Notes: a model not told the origin generated them from the letters alone. DNA of 64,000 bases from Spirochaetota bacterium (GCA_963664815.2 CAXXHB010000003.1:832001-896000), one strand, 5' to 3'. Positions 19,087 through 29,197 are shown, counted from the first letter of the stretch. Translations and numbers: made by a program.

Positions 19087-20703
19087 ATGGAAAAAACCTG
19101 GTTGAAATGGTATGACAAGGGAGTTCCTCATTCTATTGACTACCCGAAAGTGCCGTTGAAGGATAAGTTCAATGAAAACGCAGCAGCAGCGCCTGACCGT
19201 CCCTATATAATAATTGAGGACACAGTAATTACATACAAAGCAGCAAACAGCATGGCGAGAAAGCTGGCGGACGCACTTCTTAATCTTGGTGTAAAAAAAG
19301 GGGATTGTGTTGCTCTTATGTCTCCGAATTTCCCGCAGTACATTATAGGCCTTGAGGCGTGTTATAAAATAGGGGCTATTATAGTGCCAACAAATCCAAT
19401 GGCAACAGAAAAGGAGATTACACACCAGTTTAATGACAGCGGAACAAGAACAGTCATCGCGTGGGCCGGAGTCTCGGCAAAGCCGATTGAGGTAATGCAG
19501 AAGGGATCGGTTGCGCTTAAAGAAGTTGTTGTTTTCCAGGCCGGCCAGAAAGTTGATATACCCTACGGGAAAAATGTACTCGATTTCGATGAACTGCTGA
19601 AGAGCGGAGCCGACAGGGAACCGGATATTAAGGTAGCCTCGGAAGATGTCGCGATGCTTCAATATACCGGCGGAACAACAGGTGTTTCCAAGGGGTGCAT
19701 GCTGAGCAACTATAATGTTCTTTCAATTGCATACCAGGACCATGCATGGTTTGGAGGATGCTACAAAGAAGAACCATACCTTAAGACGTTATGCTGCATG
19801 CCGCTGTACCATATATATGGATTTAATACCAACGTGAACATAAACAAAATTGCCGGCGGATGTTCTGTTCTTGTAACACAGCCGACCCCTGACAATATCC
19901 TGGCTGCAATCAACAGGCATGAACCGAATTATTATGCGGCGGTACCTGCGATGATTTTCGGTCTTAACCAGCATCCTGATACTCCGAAATCCAAGATAAA
20001 ATCGATAAAAGGGATTATCTGCGGTTCATCTCCTTTGGCTGTTGAGGCAATGAAGACCTTTGAGGAGCTCTCCGGCGCTGTCATAACCGAGGGTTATGGA
20101 ATGTCTGAAACATCGAATGTTCTTACATGTACACCCTTCGGTAAGCGTAAAATAGGCAGCGTCGGTCTGCCGTGGCCTGATGTTGATATACGCATTGTCG
20201 ATATCGATACAGGTACAAAGGATCTGCCTCTGGGCGAGGCCGGAGAACTCATAGCAAAAAGCCCTACCATAATGTCAGGCTACTGGAAAAACCAGAAGGA
20301 GACTGATATAGCAATAAGGGACGGCTGGCTTTATACCGGGGATATAGCATACATGGATGAAGACGGTTTTATCTTTATTGTGGACAGGAAGAAAGATATG
20401 ATTCTGTGCAGCGGATTCAACGTATATCCGCGTGAAGTGGACGAGGTTCTCTATGCAATACCCGGAGTGCTCAATGCATGCTCTGTGGGGATTCCGGACC
20501 CCAAACGCGGTGAATCCGTAAAGGCTTTTATCGTCAAAAAGCCGGGCGCTGAACTTTCGGAACAGCAGGTTATAGATTACTGTAAAAAGCAGCTTTCGGG
20601 ATACAAGGTTCCCACGCAGGTTGAGTTTATAGACTCACTCCCTGTAACGGGTGTAGGCAAGCCTATGCGTAATGAACTGAGGAAAAGAGAGGCAGGGAAG
20701 TAA
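19087..20703 (+). CDS. Long-chain fatty-acid--CoA ligase
   Basis: QYTGGTTGVSKG AMP-binding motif, EGYGMSE, WLYTGD, DRKKD, GFNVYPREV. Confidence 0.93.
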   Translation: MEKTWLKWYDKGVPHSIDYPKVPLKDKFNENAAAAPDRPYIIIEDTVITYKAANSMARKLADALLNLGVKKGDCVALMSPNFPQYIIGLEACYKIGAIIVPTNPMATEKEITHQFNDSGTRTVIAWAGVSAKPIEVMQKGSVALKEVVVFQAGQKVDIPYGKNVLDFDELLKSGADREPDIKVASEDVAMLQYTGGTTGVSKGCMLSNYNVLSIAYQDHAWFGGCYKEEPYLKTLCCMPLYHIYGFNTNVNINKIAGGCSVLVTQPTPDNILAAINRHEPNYYAAVPAMIFGLNQHPDTPKSKIKSIKGIICGSSPLAVEAMKTFEELSGAVITEGYGMSETSNVLTCTPFGKRKIGSVGLPWPDVDIRIVDIDTGTKDLPLGEAGELIAKSPTIMSGYWKNQKETDIAIRDGWLYTGDIAYMDEDGFIFIVDRKKDMILCSGFNVYPREVDEVLYAIPGVLNACSVGIPDPKRGESVKAFIVKKPGAELSEQQVIDYCKKQLSGYKVPTQVEFIDSLPVTGVGKPMRNELRKREAGK

Positions 20704-20904
20704 ACAGAACTGCTTTTTGTCTTATTTAAGCCGGTAAATTATAAATAGTTAAACCTTCAGAGGGGGGCCGGACGGCATGAATATTGTTTCCGAAAAACGA
20801 ATAGCCGTCACCCCTCTTTAATGGGTTTATTAACCGTTATAGCTGAAGCTCTTCCGAAGGTTGCCTCACCCGAAGTTAGAGTGAGGTATGCCTGTACCGG
20901 TAAT

Positions 20905-21774
20905 TTACATGGCCTGCCTGATAACCTCCGCGCTTCCTTTATTGAACTTCCATCTGACTAACTCTTCGGCAGTTGCAAATTTATATCCTGAACTTTTAAG
21001 CTTCTCAATGATGGAGGGTAGAATTTCCATTGTTGTAAGGTGTGTGTCATGAAAAAGAATAACAATCCCTTTACCGTCGGCGCGGGAGATTACTCTTTTG
21101 TATATCCAGTGCATTCTTTTTGTAAATTCAGCACTATCGATGTTAACTCCCGGAGCTTCCTTATACCAGTCACCCCTGACCCAGTTTTTTGAATCTCCTG
21201 AATCGAAGTGCCTTGACCACATTATTACAACACCCCGCTTTTTAACTACGTCACCGACCATAATTTTAGAGGCTTCCGGATATTTATCAAACCATGGTGA
21301 ACCGAAAGGGGGCCTTATGAGAGTCAGTTTTACTGAATCTTTTCCCAGTTCTCTGTCCAGCATCTCCTGGTTCTCATCAAACTCGCGTGCTATTTTTTCC
21401 GGAGTGAGATGGGCGAGATCTTTATGGTCAACAGTATGGTTGCCAAGTGCATGTCCGTCTTTTATCATGCGGATGAGCGAGGTTTTATATCTTTTGAAAT
21501 CATTATTTACCCTTGTTGAATGTGGAGCCCAGTCGCCGCTTATGAAGAATGTAGCTTTGACATCCTCCTTTTTCAGTATATCCAGTATTTTTTCTGTCCA
21601 TTCCGAAGGGCCGTCATCAAAGGTCAGATAAACTGTTTTATCGGGGAGAGGATCATCTTCATAAAAGCCGGCAGGGAAGGAGGGTAATCCTGCATCAACA
21701 TGCGGGTGAGAATTACAGCAGAATATCGCTGGTGTGAAAAAAAATATTGTAACAGTCAAACAGAAGGCTTTCAT
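20905..21774 (-). CDS. NodB-type polysaccharide deacetylase, probably exported or lipoprotein
   Basis: YLTFDDGP, GNHTVDH, RPPFG, ILFHD; start placed at ATG 21774 (MKAFCL). Confidence 0.87.
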   Translation of the reverse strand: MKAFCLTVTIFFFTPAIFCCNSHPHVDAGLPSFPAGFYEDDPLPDKTVYLTFDDGPSEWTEKILDILKKEDVKATFFISGDWAPHSTRVNNDFKRYKTSLIRMIKDGHALGNHTVDHKDLAHLTPEKIAREFDENQEMLDRELGKDSVKLTLIRPPFGSPWFDKYPEASKIMVGDVVKKRGVVIMWSRHFDSGDSKNWVRGDWYKEAPGVNIDSAEFTKRMHWIYKRVISRADGKGIVILFHDTHLTTMEILPSIIEKLKSSGYKFATAEELVRWKFNKGSAEVIRQAM

Positions 21775-22079
21775 AAAATCCCCTTTGCAGATTAATTTTA
21801 TACAGTTATTACAGTTGTTGTAACAGCGACTCATAAACAAGAACAGAGTTGTTTCCAAACCGGTTATTTTATCATAATTGATCACATCACAAATAATAGT
21901 ATATTGTTGAAAGAATAGTTTCAAGGTTCAATTACGGTTTGGTTGCAGTTTTTTGCCCGAATACATAAAACTGGTTATATACAGTAAAACCATCTCCGGA
22001 ATATACCTGATTTATTTAAAAAATGAATTGAATATCTGTATAAATATATATTAATCTGTTTCATAAATAGGGGGGTGGT

Positions 22080-22982
22080 ATGCAGAAAAAAATCAGTTTT
22101 ATAATATTTACTCTATGTCTTATAGTGTCGGTTGCCCTGCCGGTTATTGCCGGATGGCAGGTTGACAGACAGCTTCGTTTTCAGTTGGCCTATACTCCGG
22201 ACGGAAAGGTTGTACCGGGCAATTCAATTAAAGTTCCGTCAATGAAGCTCTCGAAAGAGTATTTGCCGGATATAGACAATATTGTACTTTCAGATATCAA
22301 GGGTCTCGGTTTTACCCTGCCTGACAGAAAAAAACCTGAAAAGTTCAAATTGTATCTAAAACTTTTTAATTTTCCAGAGAATCTTAAAGCAGCGGATATC
22401 TGTCCTGAAGTACTCAGGGTATACCATATTGCTGACATGCCTGAGAGCGGCAGGAAGCTTGTTAATTATACCTCCGGCAACGGCAATGCAGCCGTCAAGT
22501 TCGGATATATAGATGCATCAGACCGGTTATTCACAGAAAACAGTCCCTATCCTTCATTTCTGAGTGGTAATGATGCCGCTTTTTCCGGTGCATTTATGAA
22601 GAATACGCCATTTTATTCTCTTTATCTTAATCCGGACAAAAATCTGAAAAGCTCCGATAAAGATGAGCTTGCCCGCAGCAGCGCGCAGGGTGTTCTCGAT
22701 TTTCACAGAGAATTGCTTGATCATTACAATAAGACGCTTACACCGGTTAAGGGCAAAGAGTCTGAAAAATATTATTATTTCCGCGATGATAAAAAACGGG
22801 TAACCATCAAAATACTGAAAGAACCAATGGTGTTTAAAAACTGGCGTGACCTGCCCATGCCCACTGATCCTGCACGTCATTTTCTGAGTGGTCTGCTCCT
22901 TATTTATCTCTCTGATGATGGCGATTCAAAACTTGCAAAAGAGACTGTTTTTGAAGTGGGTTCAATAGTGCGGCTGCCGTAG
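22080..22982 (+). CDS. Exported hypothetical protein
   Basis: 300-aa ORF with RBS and signal peptide; no recognised domain. Confidence 0.7.
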   Translation: MQKKISFIIFTLCLIVSVALPVIAGWQVDRQLRFQLAYTPDGKVVPGNSIKVPSMKLSKEYLPDIDNIVLSDIKGLGFTLPDRKKPEKFKLYLKLFNFPENLKAADICPEVLRVYHIADMPESGRKLVNYTSGNGNAAVKFGYIDASDRLFTENSPYPSFLSGNDAAFSGAFMKNTPFYSLYLNPDKNLKSSDKDELARSSAQGVLDFHRELLDHYNKTLTPVKGKESEKYYYFRDDKKRVTIKILKEPMVFKNWRDLPMPTDPARHFLSGLLLIYLSDDGDSKLAKETVFEVGSIVRLP

Positions 22983-23092
22983 GGCAGAAGCATCAATTGC
23001 AGAGGCCTCTGCTCACGGAGAGAAATTTCTCACTGAGAGTCCCGGAGCAGGGAGCAGAGGCATGCTTAAACTTTCTCTGTCTGATTTTCGGA

Positions 23093-23863
23093 TTACCTGA
23101 AGAATATATTACTTTTTCGTCTTTTCCCCATGACAGCAAGTTCTTCCACCCGGCCGGTTATAATATTTCTTACCATATCCGAGGTCTCCTCAACAGACAT
23201 AGATGCAAATTCCGAATATGGGATCTCTTCAAGTATATCAAGATAAAGGTTCTGAATACCTCTGGTGTTCAGACTGTATTTGGGAAGTGCTATACAGGTC
23301 CCTGAAATTGCTATTGGAATAATCGGAAGCTTCAGTTTATGCGCAAGGATGAAAGCTCCCGGTTTGAACTTCTTAACCTTTCCGTCATGTGACCTGGTTC
23401 CCTCAGGGAAAAAATAGACAGAACTCCCCTCAAGCAGCCGCTCTTCACTTGCAGCCATCATCTTTTCAATACTCTCCCTGTCGCCGCGGATAAGCCGTAT
23501 ATACCTGTTAAAATACATGTTCCAGCCTATAAACGGGAGCCTGAATATCTCTGCCTTGGATACCCACTTGAAATGTCTGAAAAGGTTAAAGGCCAGCAGG
23601 ATATCAAGCTGCGACTGGTGATTCGATACGACAATATATGTTGTGTTTTTCCTGAAGTTCTTTCTTCCTGAAACATGCACTCTCCAGCTCGGGAAAATCC
23701 AGGTATAAAGGGCACCCCAGAAACAGGTATATATATGGAGCAGCCTCTTCTTTTTATCGAATGGGAGAGTAACAAGCCAGATTAAAAGTGCCGGGAAAAA
23801 GAGAACTGCGCAGGTTATCATAATTAAAAAAAGGTATAATGTGGAAACTATTCTATCGAACAT
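23093..23863 (-). CDS. 1-acyl-sn-glycerol-3-phosphate acyltransferase (PlsC family)
   Basis: NHQSQLD and FFPEGTRS motifs. Confidence 0.92.
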   Translation of the reverse strand: MFDRIVSTLYLFLIMITCAVLFFPALLIWLVTLPFDKKKRLLHIYTCFWGALYTWIFPSWRVHVSGRKNFRKNTTYIVVSNHQSQLDILLAFNLFRHFKWVSKAEIFRLPFIGWNMYFNRYIRLIRGDRESIEKMMAASEERLLEGSSVYFFPEGTRSHDGKVKKFKPGAFILAHKLKLPIIPIAISGTCIALPKYSLNTRGIQNLYLDILEEIPYSEFASMSVEETSDMVRNIITGRVEELAVMGKRRKSNIFFR

Positions 23864-23946
23864 AAATTAATCCTCCATTTTATTATTAATTTCCAATGTC
23901 AGACAGCTTTCTTTTTTTGCTGTAGTATGGTATAATTTCCTGTAAT

Positions 23947-24657
23947 TTAGTTTTTTAAAATGAAATCTACAACATCGTCATATCCTGTTGATATAAATTT
24001 TTCCTGGTGCTCTAACAGGATTTTTTTATTTGCATAGGTTAATGGACACCAGTTACTTTCAATTATTGATAAAGTGTGCTGAAAAGATTTAAACAAAATA
24101 CGGAGTTTAAATGCATTCTGATAAATTGATTTAAAACCCTCTGATCGCAGATTTCTGCCATAATTTCTTTTTTTCAAGTCATCTTTGATAACATTCATAT
24201 CTGCCTTGTCATATCCCAGTAATTTTTTAAAGGTTAAGACAAATGCCAGACCTGTAATTCCAACAGGTTTGGCCCAGAAAAAGGCTTTAGCCAGAAGATG
24301 CTCCACCTGTTTTTTTTCTGATTCGGACATAGTGTTAATATCACATTCTCCTATTAAATCCAGCGTCACGGATATCATCTGGGTAATACCATTCGCATAA
24401 GCGCAGAAATGGCAGTTTCCCCGGTCAAACCAGCTGTAATCATCAAGATCAATCCTGCCATAGGAGACAAAATCTCTTTTCTCCAGAGTCCGGGCTCCGT
24501 TGTTGAGAATAAGTAATACCCTTGTTAATATTTTCAGAAATAATATCTCGAAAATTAAAAATATTACAATTGAAGGATACATGATGTACCCCCCTATCGT
24601 TCCTCTGATAAAACCATGTTTTTTATTATTTGTCCAGAAAATACCTTTGAGTAACAT
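23947..24657 (-). CDS. Hypothetical membrane protein (NCxFCAYANG / WCP motif family)
   Basis: TM segments, NCHFCAYANG, ESNWCP; start placed at ATG 24657. Confidence 0.65.
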   Translation of the reverse strand: MLLKGIFWTNNKKHGFIRGTIGGYIMYPSIVIFLIFEILFLKILTRVLLILNNGARTLEKRDFVSYGRIDLDDYSWFDRGNCHFCAYANGITQMISVTLDLIGECDINTMSESEKKQVEHLLAKAFFWAKPVGITGLAFVLTFKKLLGYDKADMNVIKDDLKKRNYGRNLRSEGFKSIYQNAFKLRILFKSFQHTLSIIESNWCPLTYANKKILLEHQEKFISTGYDDVVDFILKN

Positions 24658-25292
24658 AAAATACCCCCGCTGATTTTTATAAGGAACATCCGTCTTAAAA
24701 ACTTTCTGTATCATGCAGTACTCCATGATACAGAAAGCATGTCTGTCTGTTTTCTTGGTTTAGCAATTCCGGCATTTACAATAAAACTTTAAAAACCCGG
24801 AAGTTACATGGTGGTTATTGATCTTAAAAAATACAACAGCGGTTTGCAGTGAATGGTTGCAATAATATAAAACTGAAACCTTTAAAAGGGTTGTTCTGTA
24901 TATCTATATTCCTTCTGTTGCATCAACATACCTCACGTGCTGAACATTTACCAAAACATCGGGTGTCATTTTCATTTTTGTCAGAGCAGTTTTCTGTCAG
25001 ACAGTATAAAAGTTATCGGCAATCACTTATTCCCAATATGTAAATCAGCAATAGAATATTACGGCGGGAGTGAAAATTCCGTTCTATGTATTAATAGTAT
25101 CATCTATAAATTCATAGTACTGCATTTTTAATATTTAGTAGTTACAAAGCAATAATGTAGCGGACCACCGGCCGGCGGATAAATATGTTTTATCAGCGCC
25201 ATAAAGCTGTGCAGACAATTACTGTCTGCAATTTTCAGGTAGTCACGAAAAAGCCGTGGTTTTAAGGGTGTATTTTCACCGGGAGAGAGTAA

Positions 25293-25850
25293 TCAGAAAG
25301 ACCTTATTGCGCGTACTCTCTGCTCTGCGTCTTTGCCAAAATGATTTTCAATACGTCCGGCGTAATTCTGCATCCAGCCGGAGTTTGAATTATACTGGGA
25401 GGAACTCCAGTAATTTTCAAATACAAGTTTTGCATCTCCCCTGCCGGAGAGCACTTTGAACATCTCGTTCAGTTCACTTTTAGAGGGGAGGTACCAGTCG
25501 CTTTTACCCCCTCCACGGTAATCTACACATAACCTGGCAGCGGTGTCCAGATCTTCACATTCATTTATTATCGCTTCTGTATTCATTTTACCCTGGCCCA
25601 TCCCTGTATATTTTACACCCTTCAGATATACCGGGTAGCATCCCCATGCCGCCTTACCCTGGTCTTCAGGTGCAGCTTCAAGATAACGCCAGGGGCCTGA
25701 TGAATTTCCTGTGTCATAAAAAATTATTCCGCCGGCAGGGCCCTTGTCGCCGATTTTATATGCTTTTTCCTCTTCAGCGACGGTTTTCTGTGTAATCAGC
25801 AAAACAGCTGCTAAAAATATAAATGCAGTAAAAAATATAATTTTTTTCAT
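25293..25850 (-). CDS. Exported DUF1566 (Lcl C-terminal-like) domain protein
   Basis: GPAGGIIFYD, WRYLEAAP, DWYLPS..EL, YWSSS, VRAIRSF. Confidence 0.8.
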   Translation of the reverse strand: MKKIIFFTAFIFLAAVLLITQKTVAEEEKAYKIGDKGPAGGIIFYDTGNSSGPWRYLEAAPEDQGKAAWGCYPVYLKGVKYTGMGQGKMNTEAIINECEDLDTAARLCVDYRGGGKSDWYLPSKSELNEMFKVLSGRGDAKLVFENYWSSSQYNSNSGWMQNYAGRIENHFGKDAEQRVRAIRSF

Positions 25851-25971
25851 TCTTAATCCTTCAGCTTTTATTTTTTTCCGGGAATTTTCATTTGAAAATT
25901 CAATTTACTGATATTAACAGATTATGATTTGTCAATCGTGATTTACTGTTTATGCTTCACACTTACCCGGA

Positions 25972-27261
25972 TTATCCCCTGTACCTGTAAACCTTCATAC
26001 CCGGTTTTATATCACTGCTGCTCCCTGATATAACTTTGCATTTCACAACAGTCATCATGGGGAATGTTGCACGGAGAATAATCACCCTGTCACCTGAATA
26101 AACGCAGAGTTTATCCCACATCTTCACGCTGCTGGCGATATCACTTCCATCTACAAGTATCTCTCCGGAAGTAACGGATTTCAGTGTCCCGACCAGTAGC
26201 CCAGCTTCTATTGCTCCATTCTCCTGTTTTACTGCAGGGTAAGTATTCAGAATCATTCCCCAGTACAATTTCATTACAGATGCAGCACCTTCATGAAATC
26301 CATTGGCCTGACTGAACTGAGGTTTTATAACCATATTTCCTTTCCTGTCTATGAAGCCCCATTTTCCCGTTGATTCATCCAGCACGGCAGCCAGTCCTTC
26401 ACTGAAACCATTCACATAATGAAATTGCGGTTTTATAACAAACTCGCCGCTTTTATTTATGTAACCATAGAATTTTCCCTTCTTAGCGGGAGATAAACCC
26501 TCTGAAAAACTCCGGCCTTCATCAAACTGAGGCTGGATAAGAAAATTCCCGGTTTTATTAATATATCCCCATTTATCACCCTTTTTAACGGCTGCGATCC
26601 CTTCGACAAAATAGATCGCCCTTTCAAATTGTACCGGAATAATCATCTTCCCTTCCTTGTTGATATACCCGTACTTTCCGTTCTTTTCCAGCTGCACAGG
26701 GGCCAGGCCCTCATTAAAATAATCAGCTGTTTCATAGATGTAATCTGTTACAACTTTACCATCTCTGTTTATGTATGCATATTTTCCGTTTGAGGTTTTT
26801 TTAACCCTGGCCATGCCGTCCCAGAATTCACCTGCGGAATCAAACTGCGGCTCAATTACAAAGTCCCCTTTGAGATCAATAAATCCGAATTTTCCATCTT
26901 TAACAGCGCTTGCAAGGCCTTCATGAAAGTACAGGTAATACTGGTGAACAGGTTTTATAATATAATCACCGTTTCTGTCTATAAGACCGCATTTGCCATC
27001 AGCTACAGAAGCTGTCCCGTTTGAAAAATCGAAGGCCTTTTCGAACTTCGGTTTTATTACAACTTTACCATCCCTGTTAATGAAACCGTATTTACCGTTT
27101 AATGCGAATACTGCAAGTCCCTCGGAAAAATTGCCAACCCACTGGAAATCCGGCTTAAGCAGCCATGTGATTCCCTCTTTTTCTGCAGAATAGGAAACCA
27201 CATTTACAGCAGAAATTATAATAATAACAAAAAGAAGGTTTTTAAAATTGTTCCGTTTCAT
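25972..27261 (-). CDS. WG repeat protein with distinct C-terminal domain
   Basis: Repeated F.EGLA.V...GK(Y/W)G(F/Y)I...G..VI.PQF units; signal peptide. Confidence 0.9.
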   Translation of the reverse strand: MKRNNFKNLLFVIIIISAVNVVSYSAEKEGITWLLKPDFQWVGNFSEGLAVFALNGKYGFINRDGKVVIKPKFEKAFDFSNGTASVADGKCGLIDRNGDYIIKPVHQYYLYFHEGLASAVKDGKFGFIDLKGDFVIEPQFDSAGEFWDGMARVKKTSNGKYAYINRDGKVVTDYIYETADYFNEGLAPVQLEKNGKYGYINKEGKMIIPVQFERAIYFVEGIAAVKKGDKWGYINKTGNFLIQPQFDEGRSFSEGLSPAKKGKFYGYINKSGEFVIKPQFHYVNGFSEGLAAVLDESTGKWGFIDRKGNMVIKPQFSQANGFHEGAASVMKLYWGMILNTYPAVKQENGAIEAGLLVGTLKSVTSGEILVDGSDIASSVKMWDKLCVYSGDRVIILRATFPMMTVVKCKVISGSSSDIKPGMKVYRYRG

Positions 27262-27488
27262 ATATTCTCCATTTATTTAATTACAGCCTGTCTGACAACT
27301 CCACATACCTGCCGGATATATAAAAAGGCACCGGTTTTCTGAATTATACACACATCCTGTTGCCTGTCAATCTTTAACTGTCAGGTCATAATCTTGATAT
27401 CCTGCACATTAATTTTCATGTCAATTCTTGACAAAAAACCGGTACTATATAATGTTGTGTCAATTTTAAAAATCCGGAGGAGTCTGTT

Positions 27489-28118
27489 ATGAAAGAGATC
27501 AATATAAATAACTGGAAAAGAAAAGAACATTTCGCGTTTTTTTCAAGAATGGATTACCCGCATATTAATCTCTGCTTTAATGTTGATATAACATCCCTTA
27601 TCTCAAAAATAAAAGAGGAGAGATATCCCCTCTACTATACATTGATCTATCTTTCAACAATAAGCGCGAACCAGGTTGAAGAATTCCGGTACAGGATAAG
27701 AAATGAAAAAGTGGTACTTCATGAATTATTAACCCCTTCATTCTCGTATATGGATGATGGTAGCGACCTGTTTAAGATGGTAACTGTTGAGATGAGAGAG
27801 AGCCTTAAGGATTTTATTGATGATGCAAAGATCAAGTCGGCCTCACAGAAGGAATATTTTGTAGCCGGGGATTTTATTGACCGGGATGATTACATATTCT
27901 ATACCTCCATACCATGGATTTCATTTACCCATATATCCCATACCATAAACCTGAATAAAAACGATTCTGTTCCAAGAATATCCTGGGGTAAACATTTTGA
28001 AGACTCCTCGAGGATATGGCTCCCTTACTCGGTTCAGGTGAACCACTCCTTTGTTGACGGTATCCACATAGGAAAATTCAAGGAGGTTCTGGAGAGCAAC
28101 ATTGATAATTTTATGTAG
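27489..28118 (+). CDS. cat: CatA-type chloramphenicol O-acetyltransferase family protein
   Basis: W.RKEHF.FF, SIPWISFT, PRISWGK, catalytic VNHSFVDGIH. Confidence 0.85.
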   Translation: MKEININNWKRKEHFAFFSRMDYPHINLCFNVDITSLISKIKEERYPLYYTLIYLSTISANQVEEFRYRIRNEKVVLHELLTPSFSYMDDGSDLFKMVTVEMRESLKDFIDDAKIKSASQKEYFVAGDFIDRDDYIFYTSIPWISFTHISHTINLNKNDSVPRISWGKHFEDSSRIWLPYSVQVNHSFVDGIHIGKFKEVLESNIDNFM

Positions 28119-28402
28119 CAGAAGATATATGAAAGGATAAACACTGTCTATATAGTATATCTTCAGTAGTCTTTACCTCTCTGACCCCGCACACTTCGCA
28201 GCTCTCAGCTCAGTGCGGCGCTTACCCCGGGGGTACTTTGTCGCTACGCTCGGGCGCCCGGAAGGGGCAAAACATATTTTAACATATAAAATTTTTAAAA
28301 AATATGCTTGCCCCATGTCATTTGCTTTTCCGCACTGGTTATAGGAGACATAAGTTTCAATATAACGAGAAAATAATAATAATAAATAAGGAGTGTATAT
28401 CT

Positions 28403-28972
28403 ATGGCAAAAGTAAAGCTTCATCCCTATTTAAGAACTGCGCATGGCGGTCTGGATGGTCTTGTATTTTACAGACGCTATGGTAAAATCTATATTAAAGC
28501 ACGTACAATCCCATCAAACCCACGAACTGAACCGCAAGTGAAGTGCAGGGGTAATTTCGGCGGCGGCGTAAAGGCCTGGCAGGTTCTTCCGGATGAGGAG
28601 AAGGCTCTTTACAGAAACAGGGCAAAGAGGAAGAGAAAGTCAGGGTATAACCTTTTTATGTCTGAATACCTTCGCGGCATTGCACCTAGTTCACCTGTTA
28701 CTCCATCGGGAAATAGCGGAAAAGGGGATGCAGTGGTTGTATCCGCCTCCGGTGAAGCTGCAGAATATACATGCTGCTATTCAGGAAACAGCAGATCAGC
28801 AGATGGACAGAGTAATATTAATGCAGCAAAAGATAAAAGTAAATCTGCTAATACGGGACTTAAGCAGTATGAAAACGGTGTTAAAAACCGTTTCAATACC
28901 GTTTCAACACCGTTACCGGCAGAGAAAAACGCGCGTTTAAAGCTGTATGCATCGTGTTTGAGGCGGAATTGA
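28403..28972 (+). CDS. Basic putative DNA-binding protein (G..VFY...NPRT..Q...W..L...EK..Y...SGYNLF) with low-complexity tail
   Basis: AAGGAG RBS before ATG 28403; Arg/Lys-rich ~95-aa core. Confidence 0.6.
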   Translation: MAKVKLHPYLRTAHGGLDGLVFYRRYGKIYIKARTIPSNPRTEPQVKCRGNFGGGVKAWQVLPDEEKALYRNRAKRKRKSGYNLFMSEYLRGIAPSSPVTPSGNSGKGDAVVVSASGEAAEYTCCYSGNSRSADGQSNINAAKDKSKSANTGLKQYENGVKNRFNTVSTPLPAEKNARLKLYASCLRRN

Positions 28973-28993
28973 AGTGAAATTGAAGCGAAACTG
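28871..28993. repeat. Degenerate 11-bp period repeat arrays
   Basis: AAAACCGTTTC/AATACCGTTTC/AACACCGTTAC (28884-28916) and AGGCGGAATTG/AAGTGAAATTG/AAGCGAAACTG (28961-28993). Confidence 0.55.
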
Positions 28994-29166
28994 ACTTTTC
29001 TGTAAAGAGAGTCGGGATTTTGTCTTAAATCTGTCCTGTTATTACATCTGAATTGTCTGATGTCCGACCTGAGAATGTTCGTGCAGGGTATTTCTGTACG
29101 CATAAAATCATGCCAATCCCTTAATAGATTAAAGACTCCTCTCCCGCTCGACGCTGACGCTGGAGC

Positions 29167-29197
29167 ACCCTCTCCCGGCCGAAGTCCGGGAGAGGGT
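29167..29197. repeat. REP-like palindrome
   Basis: ACCCTCTCCCGG-N7-CCGGGAGAGGGT perfect 12-bp stem. Confidence 0.6.

Noticed and set aside
19054-19662. 202-aa antisense ORF and similar shadow ORFs (10481-10879, 14641-15090, 21098-21631, 47437-47859)
   Set aside because: They overlap well-supported genes on the opposite strand and show no motifs
24849-25131. Short ORFs in the 24.7-25.3 kb intergenic region
   Set aside because: No RBS or motif support
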